Source of the DNA: a virus
Length of the DNA stretch: 64,000 bases
Reading direction: 5' to 3' (one strand)
Virus record (IMG/VR): IMGVR_UViG_3300033553_000338
Coordinates: 93,881 to 157,880 of that record
Part shown: positions 8,849 to 18,960 of the stretch, in pieces
How positions within the stretch are numbered: position 1 is the stretch's first letter
Layout: every line of letters starts with the position of its first letter
The notes under the pieces: generated by a model
The model's database searches: none
Seen by the model: only the letters and a program-made list of their open reading frames with translations
Told to the model about the DNA's origin: nothing
Program-made: the position numbers and the translations under genes

Positions 8849-9199
8849 ATGAGTAGTAAAGAGAAAAATTCAAAAGAGGATATTATCAAGGGTAATGTTC
8901 AGATGGGCAGGTACCTGACGGGAGGGACTGGGTTATTCTGGTTACCTCAGTTCACAGAATCTTCAGGCAATGACCAATTCCTGCCCTATGAATTGAAATT
9001 CCATGAGGACATCCGGTGGATCTGGGCCGTACTGACCAAAGCATCGAATGAGGGGGTTTCTTTCCAGATCCAGAAGCACTTCTGTAAGCTGGATAGACCA
9101 GGATTTACAGTCATCTCTCGGGATGATACGAGTACTGTATTGGCCATGTGGTCCGCTTTAAAGGATTACCTGGCTTATATTGAAGTTAATAATAGATAA
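8849..9199 (+). CDS. hypothetical protein (GN..I...LKFH..W.W paralog family)
   Basis: IIKGNVQMG...LKFHEDIRWIWAVL. Confidence 0.7.
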   Translation: MSSKEKNSKEDIIKGNVQMGRYLTGGTGLFWLPQFTESSGNDQFLPYELKFHEDIRWIWAVLTKASNEGVSFQIQKHFCKLDRPGFTVISRDDTSTVLAMWSALKDYLAYIEVNNR

Positions 9200-9209
9200 A
9201 ATCAAATAT

Positions 9210-9446
9210 ATGCCTAACCCAGTAACAGACCTTCCGCTGCTTAAAAGAATGGAAGCAGACGGCCACATTGAACTCCATGCTCATACCGGAAAGAAAGTAG
9301 AAACCCTTTACGGTGCCAAGATCACTTGTTGGTACATTCAAGGCATCAAAGATGGAGGCTGGCGATTTACGTATAATCGTAAATCATACGAAGAAAAATA
9401 TGTAGATGGGAGCTTTTACCCATATCTAGTTGAATCTAAAAATTAA
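9210..9446 (+). CDS. hypothetical protein
   Basis: ORF in co-oriented gene run. Confidence 0.65.
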   Translation: MPNPVTDLPLLKRMEADGHIELHAHTGKKVETLYGAKITCWYIQGIKDGGWRFTYNRKSYEEKYVDGSFYPYLVESKN

Positions 9447-9451
9447 TTGCT

Positions 9452-9667
9452 ATGAGTTTATCCAAAGTAGTGTGGGAAGGTTGGACAGTTCAGCATTTCG
9501 TGGATGACCTGCAACCGACACTTGAAATGATCCAGCATAACCGTAGTTGCCACAGGCCACTAAAAACAAAAGCGGAGCTTAAAGAGTGGTGTATGGAGAA
9601 CCAGCCCTACTATAAAAAGCACATTCCAGCTGTGGTTAATCACTTTGCTAAAAAATACAATCTTTAA
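9452..9667 (+). CDS. hypothetical protein
   Basis: 71 aa, WEGWTV / QPYYKK. Confidence 0.7.
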   Translation: MSLSKVVWEGWTVQHFVDDLQPTLEMIQHNRSCHRPLKTKAELKEWCMENQPYYKKHIPAVVNHFAKKYNL

Positions 9668-9671
9668 GAGT

Positions 9672-9878
9672 ATGACAAAAGAATTAAAAATAGCATTTGA
9701 AAAAATCAGGGAATACCATCCGGAAGTAACCATGGTGGTATTCAATGTGATGGGACAATGGTTCTACTCTAACGATAGTTTTGAGGCACCATCGTTTGAT
9801 GGCATGATAGATCAGGCGATACTGGAAGACGCAGCAGATTCGATTGACACACTTCCAAGCGTATACCGCTATGAATAA
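9672..9878 (+). CDS. hypothetical protein
   Basis: ORF in co-oriented gene run. Confidence 0.6.
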   Translation: MTKELKIAFEKIREYHPEVTMVVFNVMGQWFYSNDSFEAPSFDGMIDQAILEDAADSIDTLPSVYRYE

Positions 9879-10056
9879 TAACTCAAGACCCTCCTCTGCC
9901 GGCAGATGTCGATGCGGTCGGTACATGACGCTTGGTGAGGAGGCAATGGGAATTCGCGGGATTGGTTATGAATGTCCTAATTGCTTTCACCATAGGCATA
10001 CAACACCATTAACCAGTGAGGAATACTATGAACAGATCCGGCGTGTATTTAGGTAA
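9871..10056 (+). CDS. small Zn-ribbon protein
   Basis: CRCG...CPNC. Confidence 0.55.
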   Translation: MNNNSRPSSAGRCRCGRYMTLGEEAMGIRGIGYECPNCFHHRHTTPLTSEEYYEQIRRVFR

Positions 10057-10127
10057 TTTAAAACTAAGCACAACAGCATCTATTGAATACTTTTCGAAAA
10101 TTAATTTAATCAGTAAAATCAAATACT

Positions 10128-11285
10128 TTGGAAACTTTACAACAAACAAAACAAGTATCAATCTACGGCCTGGACACAAAAGGCAACGTAAAAGTAAAAA
10201 CCTTTCATGCAGAGGATGATAAGTTTATCACTCGTTATGGCCGGTTAAGTGGTAAAATGACACCTTCGATCAAGCAGTGCCATGATAAAAACATTGGTAA
10301 AGCCAATGAGTCCCTGGCAAATGATCAGGCCATTCAAATGGTGGGTCGCGGAGTAAAGAAGGACACTGAGCAGAATGGCTATTCCATCGTTCCGGAACAC
10401 ATTGTTTTGGAAGGGGAGGGTGCTATTGCTGAGTTCTTGTTGACCAGTGTGGTTGATGATACTCCAATGCTGGCCTATCCTTACAAAAAGGAAAAGGCTG
10501 ATTACAAAAGAGGGATCCTTGCTTCCAGAAAACTGGACGGGATCCGGTGTGTTGCTATTTTCCGTAACGGAAAGCTTAAACTGCAATCACGTAAGCAAAA
10601 GCCTATTGATACCATGCCCCATATCGTAAAGGAGCTGGAACCTGTAATGAGGGCTGTTTGCGTTGCTGGTGGAATCGATGAGCTGCGGTTGGACGGTGAG
10701 TTATACAATCACGACTACCGGGATGATTTTGAGGAACTGGTAAGTGCCGTTAAGAAATACCAGCCCGGAGTCTCTGAACTTCTGCAGTACAACATATATG
10801 GCATCATTGACTTTGAGTTATGTGCCTTGGACCGTTACGGAGTTCAGAAAATGTTCTTCAACGACCTGGACACCTGTAAGGTTGTTGAGCAAATTGAAGT
10901 ATCCTCTTATGAGGAACTGATGGTACTGCATAAGCAGTGGACATCTGAGGGCTATGAAGGTGCTATGGCACTGGATGCCATGAGCTTGTATGAGCAAAAA
11001 CGATCATACAACCTGATGAAGGTTAAAGAATTCATTACCGAGGAATTTAAAATCGTTGATGTCGTTGGAATGGATGCAAGACCTGATCTGGCCATGATGG
11101 TTCTGGAAGTTCCTGAGAAAGGTACTTTCCGTGCAACTCCTAAGTGTGATGAAACCAAGAAAGCCTGGTATTTACAAAACCGAGATCAAATCATTGGTAA
11201 GCAAGGAACTGTTCAGTATTTCAGTTACACCAAATCAGGTATGCCAAGGTTGCCGGTCTTTTTGACTGTCCGTGACTACGAATAG
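10128..11285 (+). CDS. lig: ATP-dependent DNA ligase
   Basis: Motifs PMLA, KLDGIRC, LDGELY, YEGAM, LMKVK, GMPRLPVF. Confidence 0.92.
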   Translation: METLQQTKQVSIYGLDTKGNVKVKTFHAEDDKFITRYGRLSGKMTPSIKQCHDKNIGKANESLANDQAIQMVGRGVKKDTEQNGYSIVPEHIVLEGEGAIAEFLLTSVVDDTPMLAYPYKKEKADYKRGILASRKLDGIRCVAIFRNGKLKLQSRKQKPIDTMPHIVKELEPVMRAVCVAGGIDELRLDGELYNHDYRDDFEELVSAVKKYQPGVSELLQYNIYGIIDFELCALDRYGVQKMFFNDLDTCKVVEQIEVSSYEELMVLHKQWTSEGYEGAMALDAMSLYEQKRSYNLMKVKEFITEEFKIVDVVGMDARPDLAMMVLEVPEKGTFRATPKCDETKKAWYLQNRDQIIGKQGTVQYFSYTKSGMPRLPVFLTVRDYE

Positions 11286-11348
11286 AAAACCAGAGATAAA
11301 GCACCATCATTCAGGTGGTTGCTTTATTCTTTACTTAAAACCAACCAA

Positions 11349-11666
11349 ATGGAAATTGAAAAAACTCTTGTCCTGTCTACTGGACATTTAAGGGACGATG
11401 AATACAACTTACTTGAGTACTATGCATCAAAGGATTGTCTGGATATACCTTTCCGGATAATGTCGCATGAGTACGGGATTTTGATCTGCATTCTATCTTT
11501 TCAAAAAGACGATCCCACGGATATGTTGGAGGATCTTCAAACAGTGAAGGAAAACTTCCCTTCGCTTTACCCTATATTCGAATATATGCAGAGTAATGAG
11601 ATTCGGTATGTAGACTTTGATCAGGATGGCCCTGAAGAAAAAGAATTTGAATTTTTTAATTGGTAG
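11349..11666 (+). CDS. hypothetical phage protein
   Basis: LVLSTGH, YG, FDQDG motifs. Confidence 0.7.
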   Translation: MEIEKTLVLSTGHLRDDEYNLLEYYASKDCLDIPFRIMSHEYGILICILSFQKDDPTDMLEDLQTVKENFPSLYPIFEYMQSNEIRYVDFDQDGPEEKEFEFFNW

Positions 11667-11668
11667 TT

Positions 11669-11911
11669 ATGAGTAAGAATAAACTAAAATATACCACTGC
11701 ATCCGGTTCGGAAGACTTTGGCTTAGAGTTCGAAAGTGATGAAGATCTTAGCTACTTCGATCTTGGTCTGGCGTACATCACGCTGCTTCACAAAGATAAA
11801 TTTGCTGCAAAGCTGTATGTGTGGTTAGACGCAGAGATGAAAGACCGCCAATATATATTATCATTAATCACACCATCACTTACCTTGATATGCTTACTAA
11901 GTTTAAAGTGA
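11669..11911 (+). CDS. hypothetical protein
   Basis: ORF in gene run. Confidence 0.5.
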   Translation: MSKNKLKYTTASGSEDFGLEFESDEDLSYFDLGLAYITLLHKDKFAAKLYVWLDAEMKDRQYILSLITPSLTLICLLSLK

Positions 11912-12363
11912 CAGATTACAAGTCTTTGTCAGAGGCGTATAAAGGATGGAAGTATACTCCGGAAAATACTGGAGAGTCTTTAAATATTTGGGACATCCTT
12001 GACTTATGTGATGGTAACTTCAAATATGCTGATTTGGTGGCCTCTCGCGTGGAGTGGCAGCATCCGGCTACTTTGATTGATGAGGATCAATGCGAAGGAG
12101 AGGAAATTCCAGGAGCACCTACTATTGTAGTTTATATAATTGGAGGTTGCTTGCAGTGGGTATCTAATAATATTCCTGGACTGCGTATTGGAGTTTTGGA
12201 TGGGGATACCGAAAATTCTGATGGTAGTGATGGAGTTCACACTATCGTATTCTCGGATGGTCCGGAAGAAGTGTATTGCTATCACGGGGACGTTAACGAA
12301 TTCAATCCTGAATATGCAGAAGACCTATTTAATCAAATTTTTAAAGCTAAAGAAAATGGGTAA
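11890..12363 (+). CDS. hypothetical protein
   Basis: EWQHPATLIDE; acidic. Confidence 0.7.
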   Translation: MLTKFKVTDYKSLSEAYKGWKYTPENTGESLNIWDILDLCDGNFKYADLVASRVEWQHPATLIDEDQCEGEEIPGAPTIVVYIIGGCLQWVSNNIPGLRIGVLDGDTENSDGSDGVHTIVFSDGPEEVYCYHGDVNEFNPEYAEDLFNQIFKAKENG

Positions 12364-12709
12364 CCCAAACATTGCAGATTTTTTAGTACAAAACTGGGAA
12401 TCTGCTGTAATAGAAGCGCGTAAATACCTTGCTACAGTTGACGTTGATTTGGAAGCTATAGTAAGAAACGAATTTGATCCTGAGATTGATACTGATTACG
12501 GTGATGCAGAAGAGTACTTGGAAGATAGTTTGCTTGATATGCCAAGAATTACACTCTTTAATCAGTTCAATTATGAGTCCTACACCATCACAAAAATCAA
12601 GGATGGTCAAGTTTCTGGAATTGGTATCCTTGAAACTGATGGATTGGTAACACAGAAAGTAGAAGAACTGTCCGGGGATACCATTCTTGAAATTCTTAAA
12701 TACTTATAA
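12356..12709 (+). CDS. hypothetical protein
   Basis: ATG overlaps upstream stop. Confidence 0.65.
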   Translation: MGNPNIADFLVQNWESAVIEARKYLATVDVDLEAIVRNEFDPEIDTDYGDAEEYLEDSLLDMPRITLFNQFNYESYTITKIKDGQVSGIGILETDGLVTQKVEELSGDTILEILKYL

Positions 12710-12711
12710 AG

Positions 12712-13230
12712 ATGGAGAGCATTGTAACTGTAGACCAAGTAAAGGAAGTTTTAATATTTCTAGGGATCTATAAGGAATCTGTGGAAGAGTACGAATTGTA
12801 CCAGGTCCCTGAGTTTGAGTTTATTGAGGATACCCCAGAAGCTCAGCATTTCTATACACTGGAAGATATGAAATTTGATTCTTCCTGGGACTGGTTGATG
12901 GTACTTATTCAAAAGATTAAAGGAACAGGAGTCTATGAAGGAGTACTTGGTGATCTTAAAGATTCTTTATGGGATGGAAATTTTGATGCAACCTACCAAG
13001 AAGCAATCAAGTTCATTAAATGGTATGGGGATACCCGAATAAAAGTTGAAGACCCTAAAGAACGTCTGACTTACTCGGTAGACTACTATAATTCTGAAAA
13101 TGAGATTATCCATAAGGAGGAGATTAGTGAAGATTCAGAAGATTTGGCCAAGGAACTTTTTTTAAACTCTGGGTTTGATATTGATGATTTGGAACGGTTG
13201 GAGATATTCAGATGTAAAATATACGAATAG
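12712..13230 (+). CDS. hypothetical protein (SWDWL paralog family)
   Basis: MKFDSSWDWLMVLIQKI...AIKFIKWY. Confidence 0.75.
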   Translation: MESIVTVDQVKEVLIFLGIYKESVEEYELYQVPEFEFIEDTPEAQHFYTLEDMKFDSSWDWLMVLIQKIKGTGVYEGVLGDLKDSLWDGNFDATYQEAIKFIKWYGDTRIKVEDPKERLTYSVDYYNSENEIIHKEEISEDSEDLAKELFLNSGFDIDDLERLEIFRCKIYE

Positions 13231-13232
13231 CT

Positions 13233-13607
13233 ATGACAATAAGAGAAATTTTTGAACATCGGCTGGAAGAAGCTGGTGTTAAATATAAGCTGACTGATCT
13301 TGAAGACGGTTGGGTGCAGACTCAGGTAGTTTATGAAGAGAAAGAAAGCACTAAACAATGGAACCGTGACATCTTAGCAGTTCAAGGCCTTATTTACCAC
13401 TTCAGTAACCGGAAGTGGATTATGGGGATAAATACATGTTTATTGGGCAGAATTTGCATACCTTTCGATTTAATGAAGATAAATCAACTCACGTATGACA
13501 CTCAGAGAAAGCACAAAACACAAGGATGTAATCAAAGAAGGGAACAATCTGATAGCTGTATTCCTAGAATGGAAAATAGAAAAACTCCCTGCCTCATTAG
13601 GGGGTAA
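13233..13607 (+). CDS. hypothetical protein (3' end uncertain, long overlap)
   Basis: ATG 2 nt after upstream stop. Confidence 0.45.
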   Translation: MTIREIFEHRLEEAGVKYKLTDLEDGWVQTQVVYEEKESTKQWNRDILAVQGLIYHFSNRKWIMGINTCLLGRICIPFDLMKINQLTYDTQRKHKTQGCNQRREQSDSCIPRMENRKTPCLIRG

Positions 13608-13851
13608 TGATGGGTGGTTTTGTGATGGGGCTTATATGTGTGAGCTAGGTTTAGAGATGTTTAATACCTCTTGGGATTTGCTAATTCCTGTCATTGACGA
13701 AATCACATCGATGAAGGAGTATTTTGAGTATAAGGATTACTCGACCGGAGTATTTTCAGAAGGTGGCATCCACATAAATACGAAGCACATCATTGAGACC
13801 TGGAAAGATGTTGTAAACTTCCTGAAATGGTATAATAAAAGAAAGGAGTAA
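13495..13851 (+). CDS. hypothetical protein (SWDWL paralog family)
   Basis: EGNNLIAVFL...FNTSWDLLIPVIDEI...VVNFLKWYN. Confidence 0.75.
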   Translation: MTLRESTKHKDVIKEGNNLIAVFLEWKIEKLPASLGGNDGWFCDGAYMCELGLEMFNTSWDLLIPVIDEITSMKEYFEYKDYSTGVFSEGGIHINTKHIIETWKDVVNFLKWYNKRKE

Positions 13852-13854
13852 ACT

Positions 13855-14202
13855 ATGGAAAAGTCAAAAATAATTGAAGGAAACTGCCTGATTGCCAGGC
13901 ACGGGGATGTACCCGAGAAAGATGGGATGTTTTACGTGCTGGAGGGTGAGTTACCCTTTGAAGAAGATGCATTGGAATACCACATGTCCTGGTGCTGGTT
14001 AATTCCCGAGGTAAGAAGGTTTCTCAATGATCTGGACTACTACAAAGTATTGACAAGACCTGCCCGTGACCTGATTTTTTCAAAGATACACAGAGCTCTG
14101 GGGGCATTGGATATTGTCCCCTTATGGAAAGAGCTGGTGGATGGTATTGAGCAATTCAATAAAGGTAAAACACAGGTTGGGACAGTATGGGATACTTTAT
14201 AG
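13855..14202 (+). CDS. hypothetical protein (SWDWL paralog family)
   Basis: EGNCLIA...LEYHMSWCWLIPEV. Confidence 0.75.
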   Translation: MEKSKIIEGNCLIARHGDVPEKDGMFYVLEGELPFEEDALEYHMSWCWLIPEVRRFLNDLDYYKVLTRPARDLIFSKIHRALGALDIVPLWKELVDGIEQFNKGKTQVGTVWDTL

Positions 14203-14387
14203 TGAAGAACAAGAAAGGAAAGCACAGTTCCCGGTCAGACTACAGAGGTAAGTTTACCTTGGAAGCTGAGGGGCTGGAAGTCCATACCCACTTTGGAAGA
14301 GAAGACTACGCAAATGCATGGGCAGGGTATTATAACAATGAATTTGGACAAGCTGAATTACGCAAACGTTTAGGATTAACACCATGA
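14187..14387 (+). CDS. hypothetical protein
   Basis: 66 aa ORF overlapping both neighbours. Confidence 0.5.
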   Translation: MGYFIVKNKKGKHSSRSDYRGKFTLEAEGLEVHTHFGREDYANAWAGYYNNEFGQAELRKRLGLTP

Positions 14388-14977
14388 AATCAATAAAAAA
14401 TTATACTGTACAAGCACAGAATTGTCATGAGTTTCCTTTAGATCATGGCACGTTGCTGCACAAGGCAATGGAGCATATCCTAAAGAAGGAATATCAAGGC
14501 CTATTTGATAATACCCTACGAGAGACAAAAGGAACCGTGGAATCCACTCAGGGAGATCTGGATACGGTTTATTCCGTTGCATCATTGTATGCTAATTTTG
14601 CGGAGGATCCCAAAAAGGCAGAAGCATTTCTGTTAAAGTGTTTTGAAAGTGTTTACCCTGATCACTTTGATATCAATTGGAAATGTACCGATCCTGACTC
14701 AAAACAATATCTACTTGAAGTCTCCCCGAAAGTTTTCAAGTTCCAGGAATGGAGACTTGTAAATCCTGACACTGAGGAGTGTGCTTTCTACTCTACTGAG
14801 ATTGACCTCAACGATTATGAAATTGAGGAGATGTGGGAAGCTGTCCGAACATTTGGGTATCCTAAAGATACTTTCAATCAATGGATGCAGGATGGATCTC
14901 AAAATGCTCTTATTGCAGAGTGTATCTTTGAATTGGATGAAGATCAAGATTATAATGAACCCTATTTAAAATTTTAA
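14384..14977 (+). CDS. hypothetical protein
   Basis: 197 aa, WKCTDPD, LIAECIFE. Confidence 0.75.
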   Translation: MKSIKNYTVQAQNCHEFPLDHGTLLHKAMEHILKKEYQGLFDNTLRETKGTVESTQGDLDTVYSVASLYANFAEDPKKAEAFLLKCFESVYPDHFDINWKCTDPDSKQYLLEVSPKVFKFQEWRLVNPDTEECAFYSTEIDLNDYEIEEMWEAVRTFGYPKDTFNQWMQDGSQNALIAECIFELDEDQDYNEPYLKF

Positions 14978-14982
14978 ATTTC

Positions 14983-15363
14983 ATGAAAAAAGCTATCGAC
15001 AAATTGGATGACCCTAAGCTGTACAAAGGGTTACACACCAGCACATTAATCAAGTCTTGTCAGGATTATAAGGATGCCCAGGGAGAGGCTGATCGTTGCT
15101 TCCTAATTACCACAAAGTATCTGAGATCCCTTAACATTGACTTCATTGAAGCCTTTGGGAGTAATTACTCTAAGCTGGTTCAGGTGAAGGATCCGATGGG
15201 TACCGAAAGTGAAGAAACTTATTACGTCACCGGGATCTCCGGGGGTGCGTTTCAACTTCAGTCAAAGGAAGATCCCAGTGATACCCCTACCAGAAGGATC
15301 CTTATGGATGAAGGCTTACTTCTTGAGGTTTTTGAGTTGGTAATCCAAACACGGTCAAAGTAA
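14983..15363 (+). CDS. hypothetical protein
   Basis: 126 aa, TAATG overlap with next gene. Confidence 0.7.
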   Translation: MKKAIDKLDDPKLYKGLHTSTLIKSCQDYKDAQGEADRCFLITTKYLRSLNIDFIEAFGSNYSKLVQVKDPMGTESEETYYVTGISGGAFQLQSKEDPSDTPTRRILMDEGLLLEVFELVIQTRSK

Positions 15364-16130
15364 TGGAAAGACCATTAGTTATATTTGACTTGGAAACCAC
15401 AGGTACGGATATCTCTGAGGACCGGATTGTCCAGATTGGGGTGATTAAGGTTAACACCGATGGTACAACAATCTCCAAGAAAAGCCTGGTCAATCCAGGA
15501 AGAGCAATTCCCAAGGAAGCCACGGAAGTTCATAAAATCACTGATGCTATGGTGTATGAAGCTCCAAAGTTTAAGCAGATTTCCAGTAGTTTTCATGCCT
15601 TTATCCAAGACTGTGATGTTGCTGGGTACAACTCCAACCAATTTGACGTTCCCCTGCTGATGGAGGAGTTTGAACGGGTGGGCATTACCTGGGATCTTTC
15701 AAAGGTTTCTCTGGTAGATGTTCTGGAGATTGAGCGCAAACTGAACAGCCATAAGCTTGGGGAAACCTATAAGCGGTACACAGGTAAGGAGTTGGAAGGA
15801 GCACACGATGCTTTAGCTGATGTTGCAGCTACCCGGGATATCCTGGTACACCAGATCCTTGAAATTCGGAAACTTCTTAAAAAGAATAGTCTCTCCCTGG
15901 TAGAACTTACTAATTTTATCCAAGCAGATGGTCCCAGGAAATTCGACCTGGCCGGTAAGATGATTATTGATGAAGGGGGAGTTGTCCGATGGACATTCGG
16001 AAAATACAAAGGAAAGAATATCAAGACTTACCCGGACTACGCAAAATGGTTCTTGTCAGGAAGTTTTCCAACAGAATCTAAAGCGAAGCTTAAAGAACAT
16101 TTTTCTACGGGTGCTCTAAAGTTGATTTAA
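15363..16130 (+). CDS. DEDDh 3'-5' exonuclease (DnaQ / Pol III epsilon-like)
   Basis: FDLETTG, GYNSNQFD, AHDALAD, C-terminal FGKYKG. Confidence 0.92.
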   Translation: MERPLVIFDLETTGTDISEDRIVQIGVIKVNTDGTTISKKSLVNPGRAIPKEATEVHKITDAMVYEAPKFKQISSSFHAFIQDCDVAGYNSNQFDVPLLMEEFERVGITWDLSKVSLVDVLEIERKLNSHKLGETYKRYTGKELEGAHDALADVAATRDILVHQILEIRKLLKKNSLSLVELTNFIQADGPRKFDLAGKMIIDEGGVVRWTFGKYKGKNIKTYPDYAKWFLSGSFPTESKAKLKEHFSTGALKLI

Positions 16131-16151
16131 TTCGTATAACACTTTTGAATA
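16131..16151 (+). promoter_or_regulatory. recurrent intergenic motif TTCGTATAW-N6-TTAATC (variant)
   Basis: TTCGTATAA cacttt TGAATA. Confidence 0.55.
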
Positions 16152-16255
16152 TACAAATTAGTTACTACCTTTAGACTCGCTTTTCAATCGAGTTATGTGT
16201 CTATTTTTAAACTGGTAAGTGTCGTTAACCCGGCACTTACTTTAAAACTCCAACT

Positions 16256-17761
16256 ATGGAAGATTCATTCAATCCCGATGATATACAATTCATCGTTGTT
16301 GATTTATTTGCCGGTGCCGGTGGTGTTACCACGGGTATTGAACGGGCAAGTTTTCTTGACAAAAAAGTCGCGGTGGTGATTGCTGCCGTAAATCATGACA
16401 TACTGGCCATTGAAAGTCATAAGGCCAATCATCCTCATGCCCATCATTTTATCGAGGATGTACGGACGCTGGAAATGTGCAAATTAATCCCCATTATTGA
16501 TACATATCGAAAGGTATATAAGAATGCCAAGCTAATCCTATGGGCCTCTGCTGAGTGTACTCATTTTAGCGTAGCCAAAGCCGGGCCGAAGGATGAGGGT
16601 AGCAGGACACTTCCGGAAGCTTTGTACAAGTACATTGATGCCATTAACCCCAGCTATGTTCTGGTAGAGAACGTAAAGGAATTCAAAGATTGGGGCCCCT
16701 GTGATGATAACCTCTGCCCAATTAAGGATAGGAAAGGGGAATACTTTAAGGCCTGGAAGAATGAGATCCGATCACGCGGCTACAAATACTCCAGCACGAT
16801 TGACAACGCTGCGGATTTTGGTGGATACACCAGTCGTATTCGATACTTTGGAGGTTTTTACAGACCGTTTGAGAAGATGGTTCACCCCAAGCGAACCCAC
16901 AGTAATAAAGCTGATGAAGGTTTAAAACCACATCTTCCTGTTAAGGATGTTCTGGACTTGGAAGATCACGGGAACTGTATTTTTGCAAAGCAGAAGAGTG
17001 ACAACACGTATCGAAGGATCTACGAGGGACTGCAGAAGCATACCCCACAGGAGTCAACCTTCTTAACCCAGTACAACGGGGCCAGCGGAAGTCACAACAT
17101 CCTGAAGCCTTGCGGGACCTTGACCACCAAAGACCGGTTTGGGAAAATTGCCGTGAGTTTTTTGGATAAGCAGTATGGTACCGGAGTTGCACAAAGCTTG
17201 GACAGACCGTCACCAACGCTGACCACCAATCCAAAAGTTCGGTTGGTGACAGCTCAGTTCATGGACCAGCAGTATGGTAATAGTAAGCCAAGGAGCTTGG
17301 ACGTACCCAGTGGATCACTGACTACAACACCCAAGCAAAACCTGGTGACAGCTCAATTCCTGGATAACCCTCAATGGGGAGGAAACTCCTGGTCCATTGA
17401 CCGGCCATGTTTCACACTGATTGCCCGGATGGATAAAGCTCCTGCGGGAATGGTTACAGTAGAGCAGCAGGAAAGTAGGCCTGACATTCCATTTTTGGAT
17501 AATGACACCCCTTATCAACGGAAGATCAAGGAGTTCATGATCCTCAACTATATTGCCAAGATTTCAATGAGAATGCTGAATATTCCTGAAATGCTGCGGA
17601 TCATGGGGTTTGGTGCAGATTATATCCTGAAAGGGGGAGTTACCGCACAGAAGCGATTTATCGGAAATGCCGTGCATTGTGATTACGCTGAGGCTTGGTT
17701 TGAAGCATTGGCTGAGGTGAATACCCCGGTCAAAGTTGAAGAATTACAGTTAGCAAGCTAA
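16256..17761 (+). CDS. dcm: DNA (cytosine-5) methyltransferase with repeated TRD segments
   Basis: DLFAGAGG, WASAECTHFS, ENVKEF, RIRYF, RMLNIPE, IGNAV; internal repeats FxDxQYG..SLDxPSxTLTTxPK. Confidence 0.9.
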   Translation: MEDSFNPDDIQFIVVDLFAGAGGVTTGIERASFLDKKVAVVIAAVNHDILAIESHKANHPHAHHFIEDVRTLEMCKLIPIIDTYRKVYKNAKLILWASAECTHFSVAKAGPKDEGSRTLPEALYKYIDAINPSYVLVENVKEFKDWGPCDDNLCPIKDRKGEYFKAWKNEIRSRGYKYSSTIDNAADFGGYTSRIRYFGGFYRPFEKMVHPKRTHSNKADEGLKPHLPVKDVLDLEDHGNCIFAKQKSDNTYRRIYEGLQKHTPQESTFLTQYNGASGSHNILKPCGTLTTKDRFGKIAVSFLDKQYGTGVAQSLDRPSPTLTTNPKVRLVTAQFMDQQYGNSKPRSLDVPSGSLTTTPKQNLVTAQFLDNPQWGGNSWSIDRPCFTLIARMDKAPAGMVTVEQQESRPDIPFLDNDTPYQRKIKEFMILNYIAKISMRMLNIPEMLRIMGFGADYILKGGVTAQKRFIGNAVHCDYAEAWFEALAEVNTPVKVEELQLAS

Positions 17762-17771
17762 ATATTTAATA

Positions 17772-17942
17772 ATGAACTACAAAGAGAATGTTTCTTATGT
17801 ATCAATATGGGTGATTATCATTTTGGTAACCCTAAGTTGGTCCGCATTTATCACGGTGTCCTTGTTGGACTTCTTCAATGTAATCAATGTGGCTAAAGCC
17901 CTTGAAAGTCTGAAGTGCTTATCTATATTTTTAAATAAATAA
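17772..17942 (+). CDS. small membrane protein (56 aa, not in ORF track)
   Basis: MNYKENVSYVSIWVIIILVTLSWSAFITVSLL... fills an intergenic gap. Confidence 0.5.
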   Translation: MNYKENVSYVSIWVIIILVTLSWSAFITVSLLDFFNVINVAKALESLKCLSIFLNK

Positions 17943-17951
17943 ATAAAAAGA

Positions 17952-18377
17952 ATGAACAAATTTGAAGTGAAGATATCCTATTTAGGGATAGATGAAAAAG
18001 GTAATGCAAAACAACAGGCAGTTGTTATGTTGGTTGATGCAGTGAGTTTCGGGGAAGCCGAAGAAAAGGCTTATAAAAAGTATGATGGTTTTGATCTTCT
18101 TTCGGTGAAGGCTATCAAGTTTTCAAAAATTTACGAGGTCTCTGCCGTTGAGGAGAGTGAGGATGAAGAAACATCAAGCTTTTTCGAGTGTACAGTTCAA
18201 TTTGTAAGCATTGATGAGAATGGTAAAAAACCAAAGGTTATCAAGCAAATCATTCTTGTCCCTGCATTGACCAATGATGATGCCAGCATCAAGCTGAAAG
18301 AGCACTTATCAGGTATGATGGTTGACTACGATGTAGTCCGGGTTTCTTTCTCCCAGATTAAAGAGATTGTCGCTTAG
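17952..18377 (+). CDS. DUF4494-like protein
   Basis: FEVKI..IDEKG..LVDAVSFGEAE, duplicated domain. Confidence 0.7.
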   Translation: MNKFEVKISYLGIDEKGNAKQQAVVMLVDAVSFGEAEEKAYKKYDGFDLLSVKAIKFSKIYEVSAVEESEDEETSSFFECTVQFVSIDENGKKPKVIKQIILVPALTNDDASIKLKEHLSGMMVDYDVVRVSFSQIKEIVA

Positions 18378-18395
18378 TTTTTATTTTGAAGAATA

Positions 18396-18425
18396 GGAAG
18401 GCCATGTCATGTGGCCTTCCTTTTT
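18396..18425 (+). terminator. intrinsic terminator
   Basis: GGAAGGCCA-tgtcatg-TGGCCTTCC-TTTTT. Confidence 0.75.
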
Positions 18426-18453
18426 AATGGTCATTGTTAACAATAACATAATC

Positions 18454-18960
18454 ATGAAAGAATTTAATATTGGTGTAACCCGAATTGGGTACGCTTCAAA
18501 AACCATTTCAGTCTATACTGACACGGAAGCAGAGGCTGTAAATACGGCCATGGAGATTGCCGGCAACCTTGAATTTTCAGAACAGACAGCGGAGTACTCA
18601 GCTCCTGGAAACCTCTCTGGGGAAGACCAGAGACATGAGCAGTTTATCCGGATGTTGGATCATAACCGGGAGCTGTCCAGCTTTCTACGCGAGACCGTTA
18701 AAGCTATCCAAAGTGGTAACCTGAGAGAACTACTCAAATCCGTGAAGGGTGAAGAGTATGGCAGTAGGGTAGATACCGCAAAACCTCAGGAATGGGTCCA
18801 CACAATGAGGGATGAGTGCAATTACTCCCCGGAATACTTTGTCTGGGATTACAACGGTAATTCCATAGGTGGAGAGCCTTTCAATGTTGCTGCCGCAGTA
18901 ATACGAAGAGCCTTCAACATTTGCAATAACGTTAAAATCGAAGAGCATGAGCAAAACTAG
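18454..18960 (+). CDS. hypothetical protein
   Basis: ATG 18454 after AT-rich leader. Confidence 0.7.
   Translation: MKEFNIGVTRIGYASKTISVYTDTEAEAVNTAMEIAGNLEFSEQTAEYSAPGNLSGEDQRHEQFIRMLDHNRELSSFLRETVKAIQSGNLRELLKSVKGEEYGSRVDTAKPQEWVHTMRDECNYSPEYFVWDYNGNSIGGEPFNVAAAVIRRAFNICNNVKIEEHEQN

Noticed and set aside
17040-17420. Internal repeats of the C5 methyltransferase as a DGR or novel repeat locus
   Set aside because: In-frame protein-level repeats typical of this Dcm subfamily; no reverse transcriptase or adenine-specific TR/VR pair seen.
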